Positions 27,100-36,024 of a stretch of 37,032 nucleotides of DNA are shown piece after piece. Positions within the stretch are counted from its first letter, which is position 1. The number at the start of each line of letters is the position of its first letter. The stretch comes from a virus (taxonomy: Duplodnaviria; Heunggongvirae; Uroviricota; Caudoviricetes), in IMG/VR virus record IMGVR_UViG_2700989496_000004; one strand, written 5' to 3'. A program made the translations under genes and the position numbers. The notes under the pieces are model-generated. The model ran no database searches. It saw only the letters and a list, made by a program, of their open reading frames with translations, and was not told the DNA's origin.

Positions 27100-27864
27100 A
27101 TGAAAATGCAGACATTACCCATCGTGCCGTGGATTGGTGGCAAACGCCGCCTTGCAAAACACATTCTGCCGCTGTTTCCGGCGCATGAATGTTATGTGGA
27201 GCCGTTTTGTGGGGCAGCAGCGCTCTATTTTCTTAAGACACCCGGCAAGATCGAAGTCATCAATGATATCAACGGTGAACTGGTGAATCTGTACCGGGTG
27301 GTAAAGCATCACCTGGAAGAATTTGTCCGCCAGTTCAAATGGGCGCTGGTCAGCCGTCAGATCTACAAATGGCTGCAGATCACCCCGGAAGAAACACTGA
27401 CGGATATCCAGCGTGCGGCACGGTTCTACTACCTTCAGAAGCAGGCGTTTGGCGGCAAGGTGGCAGAGCACAGCTTCGGTACCTCCACCACATCCCCGCC
27501 ACGCTTCAACCTGCTACGTATTGAAGAAGAACTGTCAGCGGCACACCTGCGGCTTTCCAGAACAGTCATAGAACACATGGACTGGCAACAGTGCATTGAG
27601 CGTTATGATCGTCCGCACACGCTGTTCTACTGCGACCCACCGTACCTGGGTACGGAAGGCTATGGTGTGGATTTTCCTGAAGGGAACTACTCGCGGCTGG
27701 CAGAGCTGGCCCGGTGCATCAGAGGAAAAATGATAATTTCGGTGAACGACATCCCGCAGATGCGCGAGGTGTTCACTGGACTGAACATACAGACAGTGAA
27801 TATCAACTACAGTCTGGCGGGTAAACCCACGCCGCGCCGTGAACTGCTAATCTGCAACTTCTGA
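27100..27864 (+). CDS. dam: DNA N6-adenine methyltransferase (Dam-like, DPPY class)
   Basis: N-terminal WIGGKRRL and catalytic DPPY (FYCDPPYLGT). Start taken at ATGAAAATG with AAAGG upstream; the track ORF carries a 30-aa N-terminal extension. Confidence 0.85.
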   Translation: MKMQTLPIVPWIGGKRRLAKHILPLFPAHECYVEPFCGAAALYFLKTPGKIEVINDINGELVNLYRVVKHHLEEFVRQFKWALVSRQIYKWLQITPEETLTDIQRAARFYYLQKQAFGGKVAEHSFGTSTTSPPRFNLLRIEEELSAAHLRLSRTVIEHMDWQQCIERYDRPHTLFYCDPPYLGTEGYGVDFPEGNYSRLAELARCIRGKMIISVNDIPQMREVFTGLNIQTVNINYSLAGKPTPRRELLICNF

Positions 27865-27871
27865 AACAAAA

Positions 27872-27894
27872 CCGGAAAGCACAATGCTTTCCGG
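27872..27894 (-). terminator. Rho-independent terminator (repressor transcript; possibly bidirectional)
   Basis: Perfect 10-bp stem CCGGAAAGCA/TGCTTTCCGG with 3-nt loop, followed on the minus strand by TTTTGTTT. Confidence 0.65.
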
Positions 27895-27980
27895 TAAACC
27901 AAACAACTTCCACTATGTCACTGGCGATGTTTTCTGAAAGCATCCAGATCAACCACCTGTCCTTTGTGTCCGGGTCAGTA

Positions 27981-28337
27981 TCAGCCTGCGATTTTTCCTG
28001 GTTTTGGCTGAGTATAGAATCGCCCAATCTCAAGAAATGAGCGTTGTTGGTCTGGTGTCATGTCGTCAAAAGTATCTATTAGTTTTTGTTTTTCTGGGGA
28101 AATTTGATTCTGGTTTCTAGTCATACCATCTGTGCTCATTCCAGTGAGCAACCAATTTACATCAACATTAAACTCTTGATGCATCTTTAACAGAAACTCC
28201 CCTCCAGGCATCGCCTTTCCATTTTCAATCTGACTGATACCACCATTAGAAATACCTAAACGAGCTGCAAATTCTCTCTGGTTCAACCCTGCTTTCTTCC
28301 TCACAGAAATAACGCGCTCTCCTATATCTTTGCTCAT
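27981..28337 (-). CDS. XRE-family HTH repressor (CI-like immunity repressor)
   Basis: 118 aa with N-terminal HTH (GLNQREFAARLGISNGGISQIENGK). AT-rich gene (~40% GC), divergent from the early operon. Confidence 0.8.
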   Translation of the reverse strand: MSKDIGERVISVRKKAGLNQREFAARLGISNGGISQIENGKAMPGGEFLLKMHQEFNVDVNWLLTGMSTDGMTRNQNQISPEKQKLIDTFDDMTPDQQRSFLEIGRFYTQPKPGKIAG

Positions 28338-28354
28338 AAAAGTGAATCTCTATC

Positions 28355-28383
28355 TTGATATGCTCATAATTATGAGCAATAAT
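28355..28383 (+). promoter_or_regulatory. Early promoter with an 18-bp perfect palindromic operator in the spacer
   Basis: -35 TTGATA (28355-28360), 17-bp spacer, -10 AATAAT (28378-28383). Operator TGCTCATAATTATGAGCA (28361-28378) is a perfect palindrome, and a further TGCTCATAA half-site overlaps the repressor start codon (28331-28339). Confidence 0.6.
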
Positions 28384-28430
28384 CTAACACATATAAGGCA
28401 AACATCATTGCATCAACAAAGGAGACAACG

Positions 28431-28619
28431 ATGACTGCAGAACAAGTCAAAGCTCTCTTCCGCCAGCGCGGGATCACTTTCACCCGCTGGGCAGAAGAAA
28501 ACGGCTACAACCGCAATGAGGTATACCGCGTTCTCAACGGGCAGACCAAAGCCCGTTACGGTAAATCCCATGAAATCGCCGTGAAGTTGGGACTGAAATC
28601 AACAGCTCAGGCGGCCTAA
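28431..28619 (+). CDS. Small Cro/Ner-like DNA-binding protein (first early gene)
   Basis: 62 aa with AAGGAGA 5 nt upstream, positioned as cro/ner relative to the repressor. Confidence 0.6.
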   Translation: MTAEQVKALFRQRGITFTRWAEENGYNRNEVYRVLNGQTKARYGKSHEIAVKLGLKSTAQAA

Positions 28620-28671
28620 ATATTTTGAGTCTTTGTAAAAGGTTATCACATATCGCAAAAGAGGTATGCAG

Positions 28672-28980
28672 ATGAGTAAGACGAATGTTTCAAGCTCCGG
28701 CAGTCGCATCCTCCGGGTACTCAAAGCGCTGCGCGGTCATGCCCTGAACGGTATTTCTAACGGTGAACTGGCGACAGCACTGCACGAGTCACCGGCAAAC
28801 ATCAACCGGGCACTCAACACCCTCATTGAAGAAGGGCTGGCTCTGAAACTGGAGAACGGACGTTTTGCACCGGGCATCCAGTTACTGCAGATCGCCATGG
28901 CCCACAGTAACGAGATGGCACGTGCACAGGATCGTATTAACGAAATTAACCAACGTGTCATTTCAGGTAGTCGTTTGTAA
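28672..28980 (+). CDS. Putative winged-helix DNA-binding protein
   Basis: About 102 aa, start at the second ATG, which has better spacing from AAGAGG. Sequence ILRVLKALRGHALNGISNGELATALHESPANINRALNTLIEEGLA is wHTH-like. Confidence 0.5.
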   Translation: MSKTNVSSSGSRILRVLKALRGHALNGISNGELATALHESPANINRALNTLIEEGLALKLENGRFAPGIQLLQIAMAHSNEMARAQDRINEINQRVISGSRL

Positions 28981-28990
28981 GGAGTAATCA

Positions 28991-29911
28991 ATGGGACGTA
29001 CCAAATCACCGATTAACACTGAACTGAACGCCGATGTACCGCTGTCGGATGATCTCAACGTCAGCCTGAATGCCATGACACAGCATCGCATGGAGATCAT
29101 GCAGCAGTTTGGTGATGGACTGCCTTATGAACGTGAACGCATCGTTCACGAAGCACGTTTTTATATGGCGCAGAGTGCTGAATCTATGTTGGAAGCGGGT
29201 AAGCGGCTGATCATCTTAAAAGAAAATGAACCGCATGGTGATTTCACAAATATTCTGGAAAACGACCTCGGATTAGCACCACAGGTAGCTCGTCGCATGA
29301 TGCAGGCCAGCGTGAAATTTCTCGGCAATGGAGATGAACAGCCAAAACGCTCAGCGCTGAGCGTTTTGGGAAAAACCAAGTTATATGAACTGATGGTTCT
29401 GGATGACGAAGAACTCGACGCATTAGCTGATGGTGGAACCGTCGCCGGTGCAACGCTTGATGATATTGATCGCATGACCAGCCGCGAACTGAAGGCCGCC
29501 CTGCGTGAAGCGCGCGAAACCAACGCAGCTCAGCAACAGGTGCTTGCCGGAAAGGACGAAAAAATCAACGAACTGGCCACAAAACTGGAGAAGAAATCGC
29601 GCCTGCAACCTCCGCCGCCAGACGAAGAACTGAAAAAATTGCGGGCGGAAGTGACGGCATTAGCGGTTGAGGCCGAATCGGCTATCGCCGTCCGGCTGTC
29701 CAGTGTTTTTGAGACCCTGTGTGAATACTGCACCAAAAACATGATCGATACCCCCAGAGATTTCATGGCCGGTCTGGTCTGCCAGATTGAACGCAGTGTT
29801 CATGCATTACGTGAGACGTTTGACCTTGAGGCCGCTCCATCGGGTAACGATGCCCCCGCCTGGCTGACCGAACCGGAACCTGAAATCAACCGACCGGAGG
29901 ATATGCAGTAA
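28991..29911 (+). CDS. Hypothetical early protein
   Basis: 306 aa, acidic and helical, in the early operon. Confidence 0.5.
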   Translation: MGRTKSPINTELNADVPLSDDLNVSLNAMTQHRMEIMQQFGDGLPYERERIVHEARFYMAQSAESMLEAGKRLIILKENEPHGDFTNILENDLGLAPQVARRMMQASVKFLGNGDEQPKRSALSVLGKTKLYELMVLDDEELDALADGGTVAGATLDDIDRMTSRELKAALREARETNAAQQQVLAGKDEKINELATKLEKKSRLQPPPPDEELKKLRAEVTALAVEAESAIAVRLSSVFETLCEYCTKNMIDTPRDFMAGLVCQIERSVHALRETFDLEAAPSGNDAPAWLTEPEPEINRPEDMQ

Positions 29912-30228
29912 TGAATACGAATAACACACAAAATACCCTGATGGACAGCCCGGAGGCACTGGGGCACGCACTGTGTAATCTGCTGCCGGAGATGGTGCAG
30001 GGTTTCCGCGTGGTGACCCCTTCCGGTGAAATCTGCGTACCCGCACAGGAGACGCACCCGTTTGTACTGACGATGGAGGTGATGCTGATGCAGCAGATAA
30101 GACGTCTGCAGAATCAGTCAGCATTACGCCCGGTAGTTGCACCGCAACCGGTAAATACCGTGGTGAAAACCTGCGATGGCGAAACACTGTGCGACCTCGC
30201 CAGAAAAATTGCCGCCAGAATCGGATAA
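29911..30228 (+). CDS. Hypothetical early protein
   Basis: 105 aa, start overlaps the upstream stop. Confidence 0.45.
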   Translation: MNTNNTQNTLMDSPEALGHALCNLLPEMVQGFRVVTPSGEICVPAQETHPFVLTMEVMLMQQIRRLQNQSALRPVVAPQPVNTVVKTCDGETLCDLARKIAARIG

Positions 30229-30243
30229 CAGGGAAGACAAGCT

Positions 30244-32013
30244 ATGACCCCGGCACTGACTGAAAAACTGGTTGAAACAGCCCGCGCGGCACGTGACGCG
30301 GGGCATGGTAAACGCGGTGCAATATACGACGCTGCCTGTGCTGAACTTGGCATGTCCCGCGCCACTCTGCTGCGCAGGCTGAAGGAGGTATCTGTGACTG
30401 ATAAACGCAAAAAACGCGCCGATGCCGGGCGCAGCGCCCTGACCCGCGACGAAGCCGCGCTGATATCTGCCACACTGCGTGAGGCCACCCGCAAGAACGG
30501 TAAGCGTCTCTATTCCATCGCAGATGCAGTGGAAACCCTGCGGGCTAACGGCTTTATCACCGCAGGCAGAACAGATGAAACCACCAGTGAGTTTTTCCCG
30601 TTGTCTGAAGATGCCATCAGCCGTGCTCTGCGTAACTATGGCCTGCACCCGGAACAACTGGATGCCCCTGCACCACATACCGAAGTGGCCAGTCTGCATC
30701 CCAATCATGTCTGGCAGATTGACGCCTCACTCTGCACGCTTTACTACCTGAGCAATGGACATAAAGGGCTGCAGGTGATGGACAGCGCGAAGTTCTACAA
30801 GAACAAGCCCGCTAACCTTGCCCGTATCGCCAGTGACCGCGTGTGGAGTTACGAGATTACCGACCATGCCAGCGGCTGGATTTACGTTGAGTATGTGACG
30901 GGCGCGGAATCAGGTGAGAACCTGTGTTCTGTGCTTATCAACGCCATGCAGGAGCGTGGCGGCGCAGACGTGCTGCACGGCGTGCCGAAAATACTCTATC
31001 TCGACCCCGGCTCGGCAAACACCGCGGGTATGACGAAAAACATGTGCCGCTCACTGGGCATCGACCTGATAGCGCACAAGCCGCATAACGCCCGCGCCAC
31101 CGGACAGGTGGAAAAGGCGCGTGACATTATCGAACGCAAGCTGGAGCCGGGTCTGAAGTTCCGGCCGGTTCACAGTCTGGAAGAACTCAACGCGCTGGCC
31201 GCGAAATGGCGCAGCCACTTTAACGCCACGGCTGTTCACAGCCGCCACGGTAAAACCCGCACGGATATCTGGCTGAAGATTACTGCTGAGCAGCTGAAAA
31301 AAGCGCCTTCCGTTGAGGTATGTCGTGAACTGGCTGTGGCGGCACCAGAACTCCGCAAAGTCACGCCAAAACTTCGTGTCTCGTTCCGGGGCACTGAATT
31401 TGACGTATCAACGGTACCGGGCGTACTGGTTGGTGAAAAACTGATGATTACCCGTAACCCATGGCGCAGCGATGTGGCACAGGTGGTTCTGACCGGTGAG
31501 GACGGCCACGAGACGTTCTTCCTGGTCGAAGAGGTCAGAAAGAACGAGTTTGGCTTTGCTGAAGGCGCGGCGGTATTTGGCGAAAGTTACAAAGCCCTGC
31601 CGGAAACCCCGGCACAGATGGCGGCAAAAGAAACCGAAGCGCTGGTTACCGGTACAGACAACGCCGCAGATGCAGCCGCCGCACGCAAGGCGAAGGCGCT
31701 GCCGTTCGGCGGGCGGCTTGACCCGTATAAACATATCGACGACACCACACTTCCGGCCTATATGCCGAAGCGTGGTCAGGCCTCTGACGTACGCGGGCCG
31801 CGCACTGAACAACGTCCCATGACTCATGTGGAGGCCGCGAAAGCCCTGCGCGATAAGTTCAGCGCCGACGGCCTTACCTGGACGCCGGAACATTACCGCC
31901 AGTTAACGGCACAGTACCCGGACGGCGTACCGGAAGCCGCACTGGATGAAGTCATGGCCACGCTGACCACACCGGCCCGCAGCAGTGTTATCAGCATTGT
32001 TAACGGCAACTGA
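30244..32013 (+). CDS. DDE transposase (Mu A-like)
   Basis: 589 aa with candidate DDE residues in WQIDAS, LYLDPGS and GQVEKARD, directly upstream of the MuB-like ATPase. Confidence 0.8.
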   Translation: MTPALTEKLVETARAARDAGHGKRGAIYDAACAELGMSRATLLRRLKEVSVTDKRKKRADAGRSALTRDEAALISATLREATRKNGKRLYSIADAVETLRANGFITAGRTDETTSEFFPLSEDAISRALRNYGLHPEQLDAPAPHTEVASLHPNHVWQIDASLCTLYYLSNGHKGLQVMDSAKFYKNKPANLARIASDRVWSYEITDHASGWIYVEYVTGAESGENLCSVLINAMQERGGADVLHGVPKILYLDPGSANTAGMTKNMCRSLGIDLIAHKPHNARATGQVEKARDIIERKLEPGLKFRPVHSLEELNALAAKWRSHFNATAVHSRHGKTRTDIWLKITAEQLKKAPSVEVCRELAVAAPELRKVTPKLRVSFRGTEFDVSTVPGVLVGEKLMITRNPWRSDVAQVVLTGEDGHETFFLVEEVRKNEFGFAEGAAVFGESYKALPETPAQMAAKETEALVTGTDNAADAAAARKAKALPFGGRLDPYKHIDDTTLPAYMPKRGQASDVRGPRTEQRPMTHVEAAKALRDKFSADGLTWTPEHYRQLTAQYPDGVPEAALDEVMATLTTPARSSVISIVNGN

Positions 32014-32023
32014 GGAGGGAAAC

Positions 32024-33190
32024 ATGCTGGTACTGAAGCAGCAACTGAAAGAGGCCCGTATTCCACAGGCGGTGGTGGCGAGAGCTGTCGATGTTTCTGA
32101 GGCCACGCTGGCCCAGATTGTGAATCATAACGCGTGGCCCCGCACCAGCCCCGGAGAAGTGCGCCGGCGTCTTGCGTCCTGGCTGGAAAGTCAGGGGATT
32201 GATACAACGAAGAGTTTTGATGCTGTACAGGGCGCGGCCACGCCCCGTACAGCGGGTACCACAGATAAAACGAGCCTCAGTGAGGAAGAGAATATGTTAC
32301 TCAAAAAACAGGTGTTATTTCCAGCAACCAAAAAAGCGTTTGGTCTTTTCCGTGACCCGTTCGCCGACGAAGCCATGCAGGGTTCTGATGATGTGTTCAC
32401 CACCCCGGACATTCGCTACGTGCGTGAGGCGCTGTACCAGACAGCCCGTCATGGTGGGTTTATGGCCGTCATCGGTGAGTCCGGTGCGGGTAAATCCACG
32501 CTGCGCCGCGACCTGACTGAACGTATCAACCGCGAGAATGCGCCGGTAATTGTTATCGAGCCATACATCATCGCTATGGAAGACAACGATGTGAAAGGGA
32601 AAACCCTGAAGGCAGCAGCTATTGCCGAAGCCATTATCAGTACCATCGCACCACTGGAAAGCATCAGACGCAGTCAGGACGCCCGTTTTCGCCAGTTGCA
32701 TCGCGTCCTGAAAGACAGCAGCCAGGCGGGGTTCAGCCACGTTCTGGTGATTGAGGAGGCCCACAGTCTGCCCATTCCGACACTGAAACACCTCAAACGC
32801 TTTTTTGAGCTGGAGTCCGGTTTCAAAAAACTGCTGTCCATCGTGCTGATTGGCCAGCCGGAACTGGCGACAAAACTGTCTGAACGCAATATGGAAGTCC
32901 GTGAAGTCGTTCAGCGCTGTGAGGTGGTCGAACTTCTGCCTCTGGACAATAACCTTGAAGAATTTCTGACGTTCAAACTGCAACGGGCCGGTAAACAGCT
33001 GACGGACATTATGGACGCCGGTGCAGTGGATGCCATACGTGCCCGCCTGAGCAATCCGGGAAGTCACCGTAAAAATATGGTCAGCCTGCTGTATCCGCTG
33101 GCCGTCAGTAACCTGGTAATAGCCGCCATGAATCTGGCCGCTGAAATCGGGGTTCCACAGGTCAACGCTGACGTTGTCAAAGGGGTTTAA
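32024..33190 (+). CDS. Transposition ATPase (Mu B-like AAA+)
   Basis: Walker A GESGAGKST and Walker B VLVIEEAH. Start at ATG 32024 after GGAGG; the track ORF includes a 13-aa upstream extension. Confidence 0.8.
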   Translation: MLVLKQQLKEARIPQAVVARAVDVSEATLAQIVNHNAWPRTSPGEVRRRLASWLESQGIDTTKSFDAVQGAATPRTAGTTDKTSLSEEENMLLKKQVLFPATKKAFGLFRDPFADEAMQGSDDVFTTPDIRYVREALYQTARHGGFMAVIGESGAGKSTLRRDLTERINRENAPVIVIEPYIIAMEDNDVKGKTLKAAAIAEAIISTIAPLESIRRSQDARFRQLHRVLKDSSQAGFSHVLVIEEAHSLPIPTLKHLKRFFELESGFKKLLSIVLIGQPELATKLSERNMEVREVVQRCEVVELLPLDNNLEEFLTFKLQRAGKQLTDIMDAGAVDAIRARLSNPGSHRKNMVSLLYPLAVSNLVIAAMNLAAEIGVPQVNADVVKGV

Positions 33191-33192
33191 TA

Positions 33193-33462
33193 ATGAAATC
33201 CACCACAGGTATCAACCAGCAAATCAGCAAAGTGCAGTCAGCCATTATGGCGCTTAAGGCGACGAACACGGATGTACAAAGCATCACCATCAGGGGTAAC
33301 AAACCTGTCATCCGCGTTTCCCGGAGTGCGCATTGCATGCGCATGCTTGAGCAGGGAAAGGCCTGTTATCTGTATACCGGACATGACCACAGGGGATATT
33401 TCCGTCAGGGCGTTTTCGAACTGCACGGCTGTCGCGTCGTGTGGCCGGAATCTTTGTGGTAA
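33193..33462 (+). CDS. Hypothetical early protein
   Basis: 89 aa, tightly following the MuB-like gene. Confidence 0.45.
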   Translation: MKSTTGINQQISKVQSAIMALKATNTDVQSITIRGNKPVIRVSRSAHCMRMLEQGKACYLYTGHDHRGYFRQGVFELHGCRVVWPESLW

Positions 33463-33489
33463 TCAGCACAACTGGAGAAATCATAAAAA

Positions 33490-34020
33490 ATGGCAAAAAG
33501 TACAAAAGGTGCAAAACGTATCAAGGCCGCAGCAGCACTCTGGGTGCCGGGGACACGTGAAGAGGTCATTGAGGGAATCAGACTACTCGGTGACGCACAA
33601 CGTGAACTGGTCAGGGCTGAAACAGAAATGAATGACGCCATTGGCGATATCACCGCACGTTATGCCCCGCTCACCGAGAGCCTGAAAAAACGCATGGCCG
33701 AACTGCAGTCCGGTATTCAGACATGGTGTGAGGCACACCGTGATGAACTGACCGGCAACGGGAAGGTGAAGTTCGCTAACCTCACCACCGGCGAGGTGCA
33801 GTGGCGAAACCGTCCGCCATCAGTCAGTATCCGTGGGGCGGATAATGTTATTGAATTACTGAGACGTCTGGGGCTTGAGCGCTTTATTCGTGTAAAAGAG
33901 GAAATAAATAAAGACGCTATCCTGAATGAAAAAGAGGCCGTGAAAAATATTCCCGGTATTTCCATTAAAAGCGACATTGAGGATTTTTCAATAATTCCTT
34001 TTGAGCAGGATGTGCAGTAA
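33490..34020 (+). CDS. gam: Gam-like host-nuclease inhibitor (DNA end-binding)
   Basis: 176 aa, MAKSTKGAKRIKAAAALWVPGTREEV... resembles Mu Gam as recalled. Position after A and B. Confidence 0.7.
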   Translation: MAKSTKGAKRIKAAAALWVPGTREEVIEGIRLLGDAQRELVRAETEMNDAIGDITARYAPLTESLKKRMAELQSGIQTWCEAHRDELTGNGKVKFANLTTGEVQWRNRPPSVSIRGADNVIELLRRLGLERFIRVKEEINKDAILNEKEAVKNIPGISIKSDIEDFSIIPFEQDVQ

Positions 34021-34117
34021 ACACACCACGTTAATTATTTAATAAAAACATTTTCTTTTTTATTCCGACGTCAGCGCCGCGGGCTTCTGCACGCCGGAAA
34101 CAGAGGAGAATTAAATC

Positions 34118-34312
34118 ATGATATTTAAATGTATTCAGTGCGAGAGGGATATAACAGCCCTGCGTTTTCACAGCGCCATCGCCGTGATGTCCGGTAAATA
34201 CCACATCCCTGCGGTACGCGTCACCCTGGTCTGCCCGTACTGCAGCCAGCATTTTTCGGCAGACGTGCCCGTCATGGAATTCTCCCGCCCTGACAGGGAG
34301 GACTCGCAATGA
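34118..34312 (+). CDS. Zinc-ribbon small protein
   Basis: 64 aa with CxxC (C5, C8) and CxxC (C39, C42) pairs. Confidence 0.5.
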   Translation: MIFKCIQCERDITALRFHSAIAVMSGKYHIPAVRVTLVCPYCSQHFSADVPVMEFSRPDREDSQ

Positions 34313-34581
34313 TTACCCCACAGGAAGCACGACAGCGCACCCGAACCCTTGTTGAACACTATGTCAACGAGTGTGAATGCCGCGACCTCACCGATGTGAA
34401 GCACGTCCTGACGGCGCTAATCAGCATGGCCACACAGGCCATTGTGGCGACCAACGGAAAGGAGGCTGCCCTGCAGGTACTGATGAACACACTCACCCAC
34501 ACGGCAGAGCATGAGGTGCCGTACCGGATGGAAACCACTGCAGAAGGCGGCCTGCACATCACCGTCAGCCGGAAGCACTGA
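34309..34581 (+). CDS. Hypothetical early protein
   Basis: 90 aa, start overlaps the upstream stop. Confidence 0.45.
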   Translation: MITPQEARQRTRTLVEHYVNECECRDLTDVKHVLTALISMATQAIVATNGKEAALQVLMNTLTHTAEHEVPYRMETTAEGGLHITVSRKH

Positions 34582-34590
34582 GGGCGCGGC

Positions 34591-34887
34591 ATGACACGAA
34601 ACACCGAACTCACCCGCACCGCCCTCTACCGTCTGGCCCTGCAGCGTTTCGGGCCGGACGCACAGGCCCTGAAACTGGCAGAAGAGGCCGCTGAACTGGC
34701 GGCCAGTGCCGCCCGCAACCTGAACGGACAGGGCAGCGAAAGTGACCTCGCGGCAGAGCTGGCAGACGTGGAAATCATGACAGAGCAACTGCGCCTTCAG
34801 GGGATGGACCGGCTGATTGACTTCCACAAACAGAAAAAACTGGAACGTCTGGCTGCACGACTGGGCGTGATTTACACGAACGAGTAA
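34591..34887 (+). CDS. Small helical protein, possibly MazG-like
   Basis: 98 aa with KLAEEAAELAASAARNL...AAELADVEIMTEQL, a pattern reminiscent of MazG-type all-alpha NTP pyrophosphohydrolases. Weak assignment. Confidence 0.35.
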   Translation: MTRNTELTRTALYRLALQRFGPDAQALKLAEEAAELAASAARNLNGQGSESDLAAELADVEIMTEQLRLQGMDRLIDFHKQKKLERLAARLGVIYTNE

Positions 34888-34901
34888 CCGGGAGGCATTC
34901 A

Positions 34902-35117
34902 ATGGCTGACATACTCAGGGAAATCACCGCATGGACACTGATTCTTACTGGCCTGGCGACATGCCTCAGTGCGGGGGCAGCCCTGGCTGCCCTGCTGATG
35001 CACATAACAACACAGTGGTTATGGGAAAAGCTTAAAGCAGCATACAGCCTGAAAGAGCTGTCCGACGCTGTCCGGGCATGGAAACGGCAGAAAAATACCG
35101 GAGATACAGAACAATGA
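34902..35117 (+). CDS. Small membrane protein
   Basis: 71 aa with a hydrophobic N-terminal segment (ITAWTLILTGLATCLSAGAALAALLM). Confidence 0.45.
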   Translation: MADILREITAWTLILTGLATCLSAGAALAALLMHITTQWLWEKLKAAYSLKELSDAVRAWKRQKNTGDTEQ

Positions 35118-35797
35118 CAGACCAGAATAAACACATTGAGAAACTGAAAAAGTTGCTGGCGCTGGCCGCATCCGGCAACCCGCACGAGGCCGCTCTGGCA
35201 CTGCGCCGAGCCCGTAAACTGATGGATGTTCACGGCATCACACATTCCGACATTGCTATGAGTGATATTGATGAAACCATCAGTCACTACTGGCCGACAG
35301 GCAGTCTCCGTCCACCGCGCTACATGCTGGGCCTGATGAACATCATCCGCGAGGTATTTGGTGTTAACTCCATCATTCACCCCGGCACGCATCCGTCTGT
35401 GGGGTTCTACGGCAACCGGGAACGTGCGGCACTGGCTGCATACACCTGGGAAGTGCTGGCCCGTCAGCTGAAAAAGGCGCGTCAGCAGTATATCAGTGCA
35501 CAGAACAAAAGAATAAAAACCGCCACCCGCACCAGCCGTGGAGACCAGTTTGCCGAAGGCTGGGTGCTGGCCGTTATCAGTGAAATACAGTCCTTTGCCC
35601 TGACCGATGATGAGCGTGAACTGATGCAGCAGTGGCTGGAACATAAATACCCGCAGACGCAAACCACCAGGGCGCGTAAACCGGGAAGAAGCCGCAATGG
35701 CGACGCCTCGCGCTATGCGGGGTTTCGTGAAGGGCAGAACGTCAGACTGCACCGCCCGGTCAGTGGGCAGGAACAACAGAAACTGGAGGCCAGATGA
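35114..35797 (+). CDS. Conserved phage early protein (DUF2786-like)
   Basis: Start at ATG 35114 (MTDQNKHIEKLKKLLALAASGNPHEAALALRRARKLM...), overlapping the upstream stop (ATGA). Confidence 0.5.
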   Translation: MTDQNKHIEKLKKLLALAASGNPHEAALALRRARKLMDVHGITHSDIAMSDIDETISHYWPTGSLRPPRYMLGLMNIIREVFGVNSIIHPGTHPSVGFYGNRERAALAAYTWEVLARQLKKARQQYISAQNKRIKTATRTSRGDQFAEGWVLAVISEIQSFALTDDERELMQQWLEHKYPQTQTTRARKPGRSRNGDASRYAGFREGQNVRLHRPVSGQEQQKLEAR

Positions 35798-36024
35798 TTA
35801 CGCTATCAGGTAAAAGCCGGAAATTAAAAGCCTGCCGAATATCTGCCAGATACCTTTTTGCCCGCGCCTTTTTTAAGAACGTCAGGCCGGGGATCACAAT
35901 TGGTGTTATTGCCGGACGCGAACAGGTTGAAAAATACATGTCAGGTGCATGGTGGAATAACGACCCTGTCATTGCTGCCCGTAATATTCATATCGAATGG
36001 GGAGGTATTCAGAATGACTACTGA
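35794..36024 (+). CDS. Hypothetical small protein
   Basis: 76 aa, overlapping start and stop with neighbours. Confidence 0.4.
   Translation: MITLSGKSRKLKACRISARYLFARAFFKNVRPGITIGVIAGREQVEKYMSGAWWNNDPVIAARNIHIEWGGIQNDY

Noticed and set aside
27871-28430. Possibility that a second, separate prophage begins near 27900
   Set aside because: No Mu-type terminal repeats (TG...CGATAAATG-like) are seen near 27870-27980 and the region is continuous with the dam gene and a terminator. A single element with divergent arms is more parsimonious, though not proven.
30124-30708. Minus-strand ORFs antisense to the transposase gene (30124-30708, 31408-31893, 31893-32207)
   Set aside because: Antisense to a DDE transposase gene with intact motifs, no start context. 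Shadow ORFs.
32315-33067. 250-aa minus-strand ORF opposite the MuB-like ATPase gene
   Set aside because: Antisense to a gene with clear Walker A and B motifs. No supporting signals.
34775-35776. 333-aa minus-strand ORF across several small early genes
   Set aside because: Spans multiple plus-strand genes that have ribosome-binding sites and overlapping stop/start coupling. Cys/Arg-rich translation typical of an antisense artefact.
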